A stretch of 64,000 bases of DNA from Lama guanicoe (lineage: Eukaryota), in the NCBI GenBank assembly GCA_013239625.1, contig MU053881.1:6781957-6845956 (forward strand), given 5' to 3'. Positions 24,325-37,684 of this stretch are shown in pieces; the stretch's first letter is position 1; every line of letters starts with the position of its first letter. The translations under genes and the position numbers were made by a program. The notes below the pieces were generated by a model. That model searched no databases and was not told the DNA's origin. It saw nothing but the letters and a program-made list of their open reading frames with translations.

Positions 24325-27300
24325 TGTAACAGATGTATTGAGACATAGTTCACATTTTGTACTAGTCACCCATTTAAAGTACAATTCAGTGCTTTTTCTT
24401 ATATTCACAGAGTTCTGCAACCATTAGCACGACCACTTTTAGAACACTTTTATCACCTCTGAAAGAAACCTTTTCCCACTAGCAGTCACTCCTCATTTTC
24501 CCCAAATCCGATCTACAGTCCTAGGTAACTACTAAACCTACTTTCTGTCACTACAAATTCACCTATTCTAGGCATTTCGTGTAAGTGGAATAATATATAA
24601 TCTTTCACTGCAAAAATTCTGCAGTCTTTTTGCACTTAGCATAATGTTTGAAAGGTTCACCCATGTGGTAGCATGTCTCAGTACTTCATTTTGTTTTATG
24701 GAAGAATAATATTCTATTGTATAGATAAATAACATTTTTTGTTTTACCCATTCATCATTTGATGGACATTGAAGTCGTTTATACCTGTTGGCTATTGTGA
24801 GTAGTGCTGCCATGAATATTTATATACAAGTTTCTGTTTGAACACCTGTTTTACATTTTCTTTTCTTTTCTTTACTTTTTTTTTTGTATATATACTCAAG
24901 AGTGGAATTGCTGGGACATGTGGTAATTCTATATTTAACTTATTGAGAAACCACCAAACTGCTTTGCATAGCAACTGCACCATTTTACAGGTCCAGCAAC
25001 AGTGTATGAGGGCTCCAGTTTCTCCACATCCTTGCCAAAACTTATTTTCCACTTTTTAAATAAAATTATAGCTTTCCCAGTGGAAGTGAATGGTATCTTA
25101 TTGTGATTTGGATTACATTTTCCCGATGAGCATCTTTTCATGTGCTTGTTGGCAACTTATATATCTTCTTTGGAAAAATGCCTATTCAAGTCTTTTGCCC
25201 ATTTTAAAATTGGGTTCTTTGTCTTTTTGTTGTTGAGTTGTAAGAATTCTTTATATATTCTGGATACTAGACCCTTACTGGATGCATAACATGCCAGTAT
25301 TTCCTCCTCATCTGTGGATTTTTTTTTCACTTTCTTATTAATGTTCTTTGGTATACAGAAGTTTTACATTGTGATGAAGTTCAATTCATGTATTTTTTTC
25401 TTTTGTGGCTTTTGATTTTTGTTCATACCTAGAAAGCCATTACCAAATCCAAGGTCATGGAGATTTACCATTATGCCTTCTTGTAAGAGGTTTATTGCAT
25501 TAGCTCTAATATTTAGGTCTTTGATCCATTCTGAGTTAATTTTTCTCTACAATGTGAGGGAAGGGTCTAGCTTCATTCTTTTGTATATGGATATCCAGTT
25601 GTTCCCGCACTTTTTGTTGAAGAGACAATTTCTCCCTCTTTGAATGGTTTTTGTACCTTTGTCAAAAATCACTTGACTCTTGATGTATGGGCATATTCCT
25701 GGACATTCAGTTCTATTCCATTGAGCTATATGTCTGTCCTTCTGTTAGTGCCACACTGTTTTGATGACTGTGGCTTTGTAGTGAGATTTGAAATCAGGAA
25801 GTGTGAGACTTTGTGCCCAACTTTATTCTCCATCAAGATAGTTTTGGCTCTTCAGGGTCCCTTGAAATCCATATGAATTGTAGGAATAACTCTTCCATTT
25901 CTTCAAACTAAGCCACAGGATTTTCATAGAGATTTCATCGAATCTGTAAATCACTTTGAAGAGTACTGACATCTTTATATGCCTTCTGACCATGAACATG
26001 AACTATCTTCCCATTTTCTTAGGTCTTCTTTAATTTCTTTTAACATTGTTTTGTCATTTTCAGAGTACAAATTTTGTACTTCTGTTAGATTTATCCTTAA
26101 GAATTGTATTATTTTGATACTATTTTAAATGAAATTGTTTTATTAATTTCATTTTTGGATTTTTTTTACTAGTGTATAGAAATACAAGTGATTTTGTATA
26201 TTAATCTTGTATCCTATAACCTTACTAAACTCATTTATTGGCTTTGATACTGGATTCCTCAGGCTGTTCTATATATATTGCCATAGCACCAGAAAATACA
26301 GTTTTACTCTTCTTTATACTCTTCTAATCTAAATGCTTTTTATTTAATTTTGTTTAATTGCCCTGGCTAGCACCTCCAGACCAATATTTAATAGCAGTGA
26401 TCATTTTGATCTTAGGCAGAAAACATTAAGTCTTTCATCATTATGTCTTGGAAATTTTTAGCTGCCCTTTATCAGGTTGAGAAAGTTGGTGGAAGTTAAG
26501 GAAAATGATACCCTTTCATTCCTAATTTGTTGAATGGTTTTTATCATGAAGGGATGTTGGATTTTGCCAAATACGTTTTCTGTGACGATTAAGATGATCA
26601 TGTGTTCTTTGTCATCTTTTGTATTGAATAGTGTATTACATTAATTTTCAGAAAATAAACTATCCTGCATTTGTGGCATAAATCCCACTTGGTTATAATG
26701 TTTATCTGTCTAATATGATGTTGGATTTGGATGTTGGTGTTTTGTTGAGCATTTCCATGTCCATTTTCATAAGCAGTCTTGGTCTGTGGTTTTCCTGTAA
26801 TGACATTGTCTGGTTTCGGTATCAGGGTAATGCTGGCCTCGTAAGTAAGTTGAGGAGTGTTCCATTTTCTGTTGTTTTCTCTCTTCTCCTTCTGGTACTT
26901 CCATTATGTGTATATTGGTATGCTTAATGCTGTTGCATATTGCTCTAAAGCTCTGTTTATGTTCTTAACTCTTCCCCCCTGTTCTTCAGATTGCATAATC
27001 TCTATCAGTCGATCTTCAAGTTCACTGACCTTTCTTCTTCCAGTTCATATTTACCATGAAGCCTCTCTAGGAGATTTTTCATTTTAGTCATTCTGCAGTT
27101 CAACTCCAAATTTTTCATTAGGTTCTTTTTTTAAAAAAAAATTCTTTATTGATACTCTTTATTTGATGGGACACCATTATCATACCTTCCTTTACTTCTT
27201 TAATCATGGTGTCCTTTCGTTTTTTAAATATATTTATAACAGCTACTTTGAAGTCTTCATCTGTTAAGTCTGAAATCTGGGTCCTCTCACAGATGACTTC

Positions 27301-28600
27301 TACTTCCTGCTTTATTTTTCTGCGTATGGATCATACTTTCCTGTTTCTTTGCATATCTTATCATTCTTGTTGTAAACTGGACATCTTAAGTAATATATTT
27401 CAGCAACTCTGCATATTAATTCCCCACTCCATCCCCACGCCGGGTGGATTGCAGTTAGTGTTTCCTTGTTTATTTGTTTAGTAACTTGGCTGGGCTATTT
27501 TAGTAAAGTCTATTTCCTCACAGTGTGAAGTCTCTGATGTCACTCCTCAGAGAACTCAGCCTTGGGTACACACATGGTCACCTTGGAATAATAGTGGTTT
27601 CAGAAAGCTACTCTTTGACTGTCTCTTTCCCACTTCTCTCTGTTAAACTGTTTGCCTCTGTTGGTATCATACTACGAGTCACTAATTGCAGCTAGATTGC
27701 TCAACAATGGCCTGGGCATAACTTGCTTTGCAGTTCTGATCCAATTAAATTTGGTCCTTTGATTCTAAGCTGTCTCACTTTCTTCTGGAAGACTGAGTAA
27801 GCCTACAGTTTAACTTGTTTCTCTTATAAAGTTCCTAACTTCCTCCTAATGTCTTACCACCCAGATCCCCATTGTTTTTGAGAGTGTCCTTGAGTCTTGA
27901 ATTTGCCCACACTCTCCTAAAAATGTAGGTTCCTCTGAGGAGCGCTTTGGAGTTCTCTGTCCTTATAGGGTGCTTCTGTCCCTGAGCAAAATCTCTGAGC
28001 CACAACTCCGGAGCTTCTCTCAGAGTGATACCCCTCTTTCATGAGCAGAGTGCTTCAGGGGGGGCAGTAGTCTCTGGCTATCTTGGTTCGCTCCTCCCAG
28101 CAGGAAACCCCCACCCTATGAACACGCCGGGGCAAAGGTGACCAAGGCCCTAGTGTTCTCGGTGCTGCACTTGAAGTACAGCCTCCCCCAAGGAATAGGG
28201 ACTGGGTGTAAGAAAGGAGGTCCTGACCTCTTGCTCACATTTGCTTGGAATTTAGCCTCCATAGCACAGAGCTGGGGAGGCTGAGAAATAACGCTGGCCT
28301 GGCCCTCCAGGTGGGGTACCATGGCCCTTGAGCCCTTAGTCAGGATCTGTGGAGGTAGAGAGTCCCATCTCTTGACCACACCCACCTGGGGTGGGGCTTC
28401 CATCACACTGTGCTGGGGCAGGGGAGGGAGGGAGTGGGTCATAGCTCAAGTGCCATGGTCTCTCACTGTTCTTGCCTCCATTTAGAAATGAATCTACATT
28501 TTCTTCATGCCCTTAGGACAACTTTTCTAAAGACTTTAACTTTTAAAAATAATTTTCACCGATTATGGTTGTTTTTCTGGGCAGGGGTCTTCCAACCCTA
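24325..28600 (-). mobile_element. Old L1 (L1MB7/8-like 3' end) with ORF2, ORF1 and 5'UTR remnants and internal deletion
   Basis: 3'UTR text at 24330-24600; ORF2-like translations (MENKFWQGCGETGALIHCCWTCKMVQ; MAALLTIANRYKRLQCPSNDEW); RT-region text to about 26870, then ORF1-like and 5'UTR-like text. Confidence 0.85.
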
Positions 28601-28619
28601 AAGTAGATCTTTGAGGACA

Positions 28620-28810
28620 GCCAGTATTTATTAAACCATAGATGTCAGAGGACCATGGTAGGCACTTTATCTGGCTGTCTCATTTAATCTTCATCATCAC
28701 TCTGTGAGGGTGTACTATTTTAATCCTGTTTTAAAGATGAAGGAACTGAGGCTCAGAGAGTTGCAGAGACTTGCCCAAGGTCACACAGCAAGTAAATGGT
28801 AGAGAGATGA
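28620..28810 (-). mobile_element. MIR SINE
   Basis: atctcatttaatcttc-like start; gatgaaggaactgaggctcagagagttgcagagacttgcccaaggtcacacagc. Confidence 0.85.
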
Positions 28811-28888
28811 GAGGGATGAGGATGGTATGGACTAGAAAAGATGGTCATGACTTCCCAGAACTAATACCATAGTGGCTCCTCATCCCCT

Positions 28889-29340
28889 TGTTCCGGCTAT
28901 TCTTCCTAAAATTAGTGACTTAGGACAACACCATTTATTTCATCATCTCTCATAGTTTCAGTCAGTCAGGAATTCAGGAAAGACTTGGCTAGATTCCGGC
29001 CCAGTGTCTCATGCGATTGTGGCCAGATTGGTTGAGCACCCCTCTCTCTTCAGGTGGTGTCAAGGCCCCTTCGTGTGCTCTCTGTGCATGGACAGGTTTG
29101 GGCCTCCTCACAGCCTGGTGGCCTCGGGGCAAGCCGACTGCATGTAAGTCAGCTGAAGGCCTCAAGACGAAGTGCGAGCAAGGGCCTGCCTTTGATGGCG
29201 TGGCCCTGGGAACATTTCTGCTCAACTCTATTCGTCAAATGGTCGAGTACCGCTCAGTTTTCAGGAGCGCATACGTGGACCCCAGTCTCAGTGGGAAGAC
29301 TGTCCAGGTGACATTGTTGATGAGCAAGTAGGATGAATGC
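28889..29340 (-). mobile_element. MaLR LTR (MLT1F/G-like)
   Basis: cctaaaattagtgacttaggacaacaccatttatt...gtcaggaattcagg...tttgggcctcctcacagcctggtggcctc. Confidence 0.7.
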
Positions 29341-29949
29341 AGTCAACCTGGGCTGGGTTTTTGAGCTCAGCTCTACACTGGAGACTAGACCCAGGGCCAA
29401 GAGACATTAAATGGAGCTGAAAACGATGGCTAAGTAGAACTCCACTGGCTAGTGAGCGACAGGGGAGAAAACTGGTAGACATGATCCTCTTGGTGAAACA
29501 GATAGAACTTCCACAGTGAGATCCAGACAGGACTAGACAGTGGAGGCAGAGAGCGAGGACGGTGGCAGAGAGAAACATTTTCTGGACATCATTGCTGCAC
29601 CAGGCACATCCTAGGTAGACCAGAAGCATTCAGCTCATGTCACCACCCAGCAACCCCATGGAGCAGGTGCCATGTGACGTAGAAAGGAGGACCCACAGTC
29701 TCAGAGAGTTGAAAGAACAAGCCCGAGGTCACCAAGTTGATAGGAGGCTGAGCCAAGACTGCAAAAGAAATTTTTCCAACTTCGGTTAGAGTGCTGTGCA
29801 AAGTAACCAAAGTTACTTTTGGATCCTTTAAAAAGCATACCGGAATCAAGAATGTGGATCCCTTCCTGTAAGGTGCCGGGAAATGCACCTGCTGTCGGGG
29901 AGGGGTACGAGGGCTGCGGATATCTGCAAACTGCCTCCCGCCCGTCCTT

Positions 29950-30600
29950 CAGCGCTAGTCTGGTGCATTGAAAGACACAACAGAGACCATTATATTGAAA
30001 TAAGGGCCACTTCCTCTAATACAGTAACTTTCCTTTAAAGTTAAATGGAGAAACGAAGTGACTGGGCAATATTCTTTTAATAGCTGCTGAGTGTAAATGC
30101 ATTTTGAGAGCAAAATGCTCCTTCAGAAAAGATCATGTCTAATGTTCTTTCAAACTGTCAATTTGGAGGATGAAGGGGAATGTGATTAGAAAACCAAAAT
30201 AACAAAGAATTTTGAGACCAGCTAAAGCATTGCCAGCACGAACATATAATTTAAACTGCCAAAGTGCTCTCGCATTTTTGATGCCAAATATACTTAATCA
30301 GTAATAATCCAGTCCCTCAAGAAGGCTCCTAATTTGCTTTATTGCCGTTTTAGATTTGTCCCCTTTCGTTTTCTAAAATATAATCATAGTTCAGTGACTC
30401 CATCTGTGAGCAATCCGGCGGTGAATTCTGGGCGGTAATGATGTACAACCAGCGAATAACAATTGCTAACAATTCCTTAATCACGCTGCTTCCTCTACTG
30501 TCGCCTCATCTGAATTCATGGTTTTCAGAAAATTCAATTATATTTGCAATTTCATCAAGAAATCACTCAGATAAATAACTGACAGGGTAACAGTTCATGT
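29950..30600. promoter_or_regulatory. Candidate conserved non-coding element / enhancer
   Basis: Repeat-free, AT-rich with retained CpGs; tandem TAACAATT (SOX-like), several TAAT cores, TGACAG, TGCCAA half-sites. Conservation not tested. Confidence 0.5.
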
Positions 30601-31799
30601 ATTTGTCGGGAATGGAAGCAAAAGGGAGGAGCCGGGCCGAGAGAAGAAACGACAGGAGACACGTTAGACAAAAACTGTCGTAAAGAAGTTCCGCTGTCCT
30701 GAGAGGTGAATGGGAAAGCGGTGATGTTACAGCTGCAGATGTCAGCTCGGCCTGTGGACGGGGTGTGGCATGGGCCCTAAGTGAGACCTCCCCAGAGGTC
30801 ACATCTGGCCGAACATCCCTCTCCGGAGCCATCACTGGCTTTTGTTGGCATTTGTGATGCCCTGGTCCTCATTCCAGACAGTAATTTATGATGGGACATT
30901 TGTGACCCCATTGCCACCTTTATCATTCGAGTTTCATGTTGGATTTCTGCTGCCGTGCACTCCAGGTTGGTTGCTTTTGGGTTAAGGAGAGGCCTTAACT
31001 AGACTTTAATCTTACCCATCAAGATTCTCTGAGTTTCCAAGACGAAAATTAATCATCACCCACAAGACAGACTAGCATCTGTTGGCCTCTGCTTCCGTTG
31101 TGGGGACATGGCCTGTTACCTGTCCGCTGTCAGAAGACCCAGTCTTCCCATAGTATGCCTCTCCTCTGCACCCCAAGCCCAGATCTGTTCTTTTCTCTGT
31201 CCCAGGTGCCACCAACCAGGCATCCTTCTGGATGCTCCCATGGGAAGCAGGACGGGGGTGGGGGTGGAAATGGAGCCACAGTGCTGTCCATTGCAGTGAT
31301 GCCACTAGGCGTTTTTGAGGCTGCCCTTGCAGACGGTTACCACTAACTTGTGACAACAGCCACCAGCTCAGGCCCTACACAGGGCAGCTCCTGAGACAGA
31401 CAATGCCTGTTCTGTGCTCTCCTGGAAGCAGATGTAGCCATCCAATGATAACCTTCCTCTTTTCAAAGAATGTTAACTGATGATCTTCCAGGGGAGACAT
31501 ACCCCGTCATAGACACCCAGAACAGCAAAGCTTCCTTCCTCCTCCTTGCCACATACTCAGTGGAGGGGAGGCTGGGGCAACTCTGCAGAAACCAATACAG
31601 TATTCAAGGTTCTCTACTCTGGCAGGTGCCTCCTATCAGAAATCTATTTCTCACCGTCAGTCAGTTTGCAGATATTTTAAAATTAAGATAAGTTAAAAAA
31701 AATAAATTTGGGATGACGGGAACTAGGTGATGTCAAGGCCCTTTAGCTGAAGACTCCAGGACACACCCTGGTTGAATAGAGTTGGGTAGGTTGGCTCGC

Positions 31800-31832
31800 T
31801 GCAATGAGAGGGAATGCCCACCAGGGGGAGGT
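31800..31832 (+). promoter_or_regulatory. Candidate CTCF site with upstream motif
   Basis: Core CCACCAGGGGGAGG (31818-31831) plus TGCAAT at 31800-31805. Confidence 0.45.
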
Positions 31833-32349
31833 GGTGAGGTGAGGTGCCTGAGCAAGAGGGTGGCAGGAAAGACAGACTCTGGAAAGGACTGGGGCTTGGG
31901 TTAGGCGATTTTACCCAAGGTTCAAGGAAGTGGGGCTTTGCTCTGGATTGGATGCTGTCAGGCAGCAAGCGTAAGTCTATCACTGAGGATCTTTATAAGG
32001 CTTATCTGTAAGGCAGAAGGACTGTCCGTGTCCTGTGCCACAGGTAAACACCAGGGCCCGGCTGTGAGTGCCAGGCCAGCTCCTGCCTATCGGGGAAGGC
32101 GATCTCTTGCTGGATGATAAGCTTCTCCAAGGTCATGAGCACTTTCTTACCCCCACGTTCTCCGTAATTTCATGCATCCATCTGAAGACTCTCAAACACC
32201 TCCTCCATTGCAAGTGTCCAGTAGGGACCATAGAAACACACAAGCCAGCCACAGCTCAGGCCTCCCTGGTCCTGCAGAGGTGACAGGTACAATGCGGGCG
32301 GTGGGGGTGGGGGTGCCCTGCTTGAGAGTCACAAGGCTGTTTCAGCTGC

Positions 32350-32720
32350 AAAATGAGAGGCACTCTGCCTGGCCAGGAGATACTTTCTGCAAGAGCTGAG
32401 CCTTAGAGGAGCCTTAAAAACACGTAGGAGTTGGCCAGAGAAAGAAAAGGGAGAAAGTGTTCCCAGTGAGGGGAACAGCTGTGCCCAAGCTAGATCCTTG
32501 AGTTTAATGGGGCAGGAGCGAGGGTGAGCCTGGATGGAGGGCAGGGACTAGGCCAGCGGGGGCCTCACAAGCCCTTCAGAGGAGTCTGGGTGGGAATCAG
32601 CCTTGTGGGGGGTGATGGTGAGCCATGGAAGGGTTTTCAGCTGGGAGAGACCTGATGTGACTTCCATGAGGAGGTGCTCAGAGTGCCCAGGAGAGAGGAA
32701 GGCAGGCTTCAATAGCCAAA
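32350..32720 (-). mobile_element. L2 fragment
   Basis: gtaggagttggccagag...gtgttcccagtgaggggaacagctgtgcccaag...gagccatggaagggttttcagctggg. Confidence 0.7.
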
Positions 32721-32889
32721 CTGGGCATCTTGATTTGTGAGTAGAGACCCCAGGCCCCATACAACTGTTATCAGAGCAGGAGAAGAACCTGCATGAGGAG
32801 GTGGGCCTGAAGCAGAGGTGAAACGACTGACCTGTGAAGTAGCGCCTGCCAACTTGGCTACTTCTGATCCTGGCTGACATACTCTTGGC

Positions 32890-33090
32890 ACTTCATAAAC
32901 CCCCAGCATTGCTCCAAGCCCCTTACATGAATTATTTTATTTTGTCTTCACCATGACCTGATGGAGATGGTACATTTTTTTTTTAAGCCCTAAGTCATAG
33001 GTGAGGAAACTGAAGCACAGAGAGGTTAAGCAATTTGCTCAAGATCATCCAGCTATTAAGTGGCAGAACAAGAGCTCCACCCTGGGCAAC
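32890..33090 (-). mobile_element. MIR SINE
   Basis: gtgaggaaactgaagcacagagaggttaagcaatttgctcaagatcatccagc. Confidence 0.85.
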
Positions 33091-34399
33091 CTATTTCAGT
33101 ATGTGTGTTACTTTCCTGTGGGCTCCGGCAAGCCCCCAAGTGCCAGGCTCCATTCTGCCCTCTTTGCACGCTCTGGCTTGTCTGGACCTCACAAAACTCT
33201 GGGCCATGGGTGTATGCAGCTCAGGTTGGACAATCCAGGCCTAGAGTGCAGTTTAGAAAGGGAAGGCTGCTTTCAGGAGTGGAGGAAGGAATTGGAAGCT
33301 CAGTAGTTATGAAGATGCTTTTTTTTAACTCAACAGATGTGCTAGTTTGGGTCCAAAGTGCCCAGCACAGGGCATGCTAGTTTTACACTAATAGTTAGAA
33401 ATTCTTAAGTATGTATAAATGTGCATATGAATGAAGGAAAGAAGCAACCAACAGATGGCAATAGAACATGGTGGAGATATGGCAGGAGAGAGAGAGCTGG
33501 GGTCTCATTTCTGAGGAAGCTTTCTCTTGGAGATGCTGTGACAATGTTAACAACACAGGGACAATTTGCTGCTTCAAATTAAGCATGAAATGCTATTTCC
33601 CCACTTCCCAGCTGTGCAACCCTCCACAGATCACTGAAACTCGAAGAGCCTCAGTCTCCTCATCTGTAGGATGGGATTAATGATGCTCACTTTGCAGGGT
33701 TGTTTCTAAGATTAGAAAGTACATTTTAAGTATCAGGGTATGTGGCACAGAATGAATGCTGGGTAAGCGACAGTAAGTATTAAAATGGTAATTTTGTAAC
33801 AGTGCTATAGATCGCTGACAAGTACAGCTTTATTTCCCTGTGATGAGAGCAGAGGAGGAGTGAGGACCAGGCCGTGAATTGGGTCCAGACCAGCTCATGC
33901 GCTATTATTTGTTTGCAGTATCTTTTCGCTTGTGGCTTTATATCCTTCCTATTCTTGAAAATTGTTAAATAAATGGATGCTTCGCCGGCAACTGTTCCCT
34001 TCGGTGGTCAGTGTTCCTCAAGCAACTTTTTCCATTAAAGGGTCACCATGACAACGTGCCCTCTTAGAAGAGGCTTGCAGCTGGCCCACGCTTCTCCCAG
34101 GGAGCACAGGACACTCCTCCAATGCCTGCGGCTTCTGTGACTGGGCAGAGGAGGAGGGAGAATGGCAATGTGAGCACTTCTACCTGCAGGATCTGAAATG
34201 TGGGTGTAAGAGGGCACAGGGCCTGGCACACAGTAGACACACAAGAAATGCTGGTGGAAGTGAAATGAGGTCATGCTATTTGGGGGAGGGGGTTCGGGAA
34301 CAGGGCAATGGCCCTGAGTCCAAAAATGTAAGATGCCTCTTGCTTCCAGGAAGTGATGGCAGGGATTCCACTAAGAATTATTCTAGCCTGCTTGGGATA

Positions 34400-34750
34400 G
34401 TTTCATTCATTCATTCATTCATTCAACAATATTAACAGGCTAGGCCCTTATATGATGAAAGAGACCCAGTTTCTATCCTCGTGCAGCTCACAGAGTAGCT
34501 GGGAAGACACAGATATAGACACACAAAATCCCCATGGGGTAAGTGCTACCAGGAGGAACATGCGCGGTGCTGCAGGAGACCGGACTTGGGGTGATCTGGG
34601 AGGGGTGATCTGGGAGGGCTTCTCAGACGAAAAGCTGTCAAGCCTGGCACTTGGATGGATGAGTACAAGTCATCCAGAAGACAGGGATGCAGATGCCTGG
34701 TCCAGGTGGAAGAAATGGCAGGTGCAAAGACCCTGGGGTGAGAGGGAATA
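34400..34750 (-). mobile_element. L2 3' end with (CATT)n tail
   Basis: ttcattcattcattcattcattcaacaatatt...gggagggcttctcagacg...caggtgcaaagaccctgggg. Confidence 0.75.
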
Positions 34751-34782
34751 CAGATAACCCCGATCGGAAACTCAAGACCCTC

Positions 34783-35320
34783 TGTGTCAGTCAGAGTCTC
34801 CTTTGTAAGCAACAAGCACCAAGCCTGGATGAGCCAAACAGAAAGGGGATTAACTGAATGACATTAGTTGCTTCACTGAATCTCTGAGAGACACTAAAGT
34901 CAGCTCGGAGGCCATGTGCCAGGAGCAGCCCCAGAAAGAGCACCGAAGAACCAGTCCTGGGAACGCGCCCCACTGGCAGCTGGTATCGTTCCGGTGGCTT
35001 GTGTGGCCAACATCACGAAGGCTAAGCCTAGGTGCTGCCCCTGGAGACCAGATGTGCGGCTCCCCTGCCACCTCCTTCACCAATGGGTCCTACATGGTTT
35101 GGGGTTCTTCAGGTCACAGCTTCCAGTTCAAACCTCAGGACAGGAGGTTGACTGGGTAGGACATTTGTGCTCATTACAGTGGCAAGGGAGGCTGGGGCAG
35201 AGGGTATCCGGCATTCCCAGCTTTATGGTGGGAGGTGGGCATGCCTTGCATAGGGAGTTTTCCAGATACAGTGTGGAGGGATAAGCAGTGCCAGTGAGCT
35301 AACAAGGAGAGAGTTATCAT
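34783..35320 (-). mobile_element. Old MaLR LTR (MLT1K-N-like)
   Basis: tgtgtcagtcagagtctcctttgtaagcaacaagcaccaa...gcaagggaggctggggcagagggtatccggcattcccag. Confidence 0.6.
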
Positions 35321-36216
35321 GGAAGACATTGGCCCCCGGAGGTGAATAAGACATGATAATTGCCTTCAACCTAATGGAAGTGACTGTTCTCTCCATAAAT
35401 AATTCAAGAGACTACAGAAAGTGCAGGGAGGGAGGAGGGCTGAACTGGGCAAGGAATAGAACGATTCAACGTCAAGGTTCCAAACTGGAATCTTGGGACT
35501 GCGATGCAGCAGGAACCACTTTGATGCCCTATGTGAGCGAGGCCGACCTTGAGCCATTCTGCCAGCAGGGTGTGTCTGAGTCAGTGGGACCAGGGAATCA
35601 TAATGGTCCTCCAAAGCTTGGGTTGTCCTCCAAACATCTGAGTTCCCTTCATCAGCCATTAATCTAACTCTTCCAGAAGCAATTTCTATTTTATCTTTTG
35701 TAATGACATGCTGGATACTTGAACCTGCGGGGCTGCAATTTCACACCTGAGTTCATCCAAAACATCCACTCGAATCTTTTGGGTTATTTCCTGATGGATG
35801 TGGCATAAGTCCTCCAAAGTCCGGATGGGTTTGGGAGGTCTTCAGCAATCTCAGGATAGGAAAAAGTGCTGAGAGACGCCGAGAAGGCAAACCTCAATAC
35901 CTCAATAGAATTGGGGAGTTATAACAGCCCCACTTAAAGGATGGGGCATCTGGATTCCTAGCTCTTTGGAACAGGACCTCTGTTCTCCAGGATTGAATAC
36001 ACCAAGTCCCTTTAAGTCCCTTATCTCTTGAGTAGGACCACTGAGGGACATCTGTTTCTTTTTGTCCAAGAATGTTTTAGTTTCACATTATCTTTTTCCT
36101 TTTAGATGTAATTTATGTTGTTATGTATTTATGTGTTTCTGCTGTTCTTCTGACTCACTGATGCTGGACAGAGGTTGATGAGAAAGTCCATGTTCACCTG
36201 GAATTCTCTCAGTGCT

Positions 36217-36711
36217 TGTGGTTGGTGCTCACCTCAGATACATCTGGATCCTAATCCTTGGAACCTGTAACTGTATTACGTTACACGGCAAGGAGGAATT
36301 AAGGTTGCAGATGGAATTAAGGCTGCTGATCAGCTGGCTTTAAAATGAGATTATTCTGGATTATCCAGGTGGACCCAGTGTAATCACAAGGGTTCCTTAA
36401 CTATAGAAGAGGGAGTCGAAAGAGGGAGACTCAGAGAGTGATTTGAAGATTCTATGCTGGCTTTGAAGAGGGAGGAAGTCAGCCATAAGCCAAGGAACAA
36501 AGGTAACCTGTAAAGATGGGAAAGACAAGGGAACGAATTCTCCCTTAGAGCTTCCAGAAGGAACCCAGTCCTACTGAAACCTTCATTTTAGCTGAGTGAG
36601 ACCCACTTTGGGCTTCTGACCTTCAGAACTCTAAGACAGTAAACTTGGGTTGTTTTGAGCCACCGAGTGAGTGTTAATTGGTTACAGCAGCAATAGGTAA
36701 CAATGGATACA
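36217..36711 (+). mobile_element. MLT1C/D MaLR solo LTR
   Basis: TG...CA termini; atcctaatccttggaacctgt, gagattattctggattatccaggtggacccagtgtaatcacaaggg, gttacagcagcaatagg. Confidence 0.9.
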
Positions 36712-37206
36712 GTGTCAGGGCTTCACTGTCAGGTGAGAAGCCACCAAGAGGAAGTTGGGACCAAGAATCTTGAAGGCATAGAGTTCTGAACAGGGAACAG
36801 AAGCCATCTTTGTAGACTTGATCCTCCTGATAAATGATGATCCCAATTTCCTGTCATTGGCTATTCAATTGTTATGTTGATGGGAGGAAGTTTGTCTGAA
36901 CTGAAAGGAGCTATTTTCATTGTGTGGGGAAATTAATCTTAAAAAATACATTCCTTTGACCTGGTCCTGAGATACTGCATTACCTGTTAGCCATCATGAA
37001 ATTAAAACAATCTCTGAGGTTGTCAGCCACATGGGTTTCTGTTTTCTTTTCTCAAGGGGTCATGTCTACTGGCAGTTGTTACAGAGCTGCGGTGCACTGG
37101 AAGATAGGGGCAAGGGCGGCAGGACTTCTCTGCATGCTAATGGAATACTTGGGATTACCTGGAGTGATTGGCAGCCTGGTGGGAGTGGTGTGGCTCCTGG
37201 TCTTAG

Positions 37207-37684
37207 AGATGAATGGATAAAGAAGCTGTGGTATATATATGTAATGGAATACTACTCAGCCCTAAAAAGGAATGAAATAATGCCATTTGCAGCAACATGA
37301 ATAGACCTAGACATGATCACACTAAGTGTAGTAAGACAAAGACAAATATCATATGATATCACTTATATGTAGAATCTAAAAAAAATGATACAAATGAATT
37401 TATTTACAAAATAGAAAGAGACTCACAGACCCAGAAAACAAACTTATGATTACCAAAGGGGAAAGGGGTAAATTAGGAGTTTGGGATTAGCTGATACAAA
37501 CAACTATATATAAAATAGATAAACAGGGTATTACTGCATAGCACAGGGAACTATGTTCAATATCTTGTAATAATCTATAATGAAAAAGACTATGAAAAGG
37601 AATATATATGTATAATTGAATCACTATGCTGTATACCAGAAATGAATACAACATTGTAAATCAATTGCACTTCAATTAAAAAAA
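37207..37684 (+). mobile_element. L1 3' end (artiodactyl-type), 5'-truncated
   Basis: ORF2 C-terminal peptide DEWIKKLWYIYVMEYYSALKRNEIMPFAAT, then 3'UTR (tagcacagggaactat...aacattgtaaatcaa...ttcaattaaaaaaa). Confidence 0.9.

Noticed and set aside
33447..33462. Additional CTCF site (ccaacagatggcaa)
   Set aside because: Mismatch at a core position; equally explained as an isolated CAGATG E-box.
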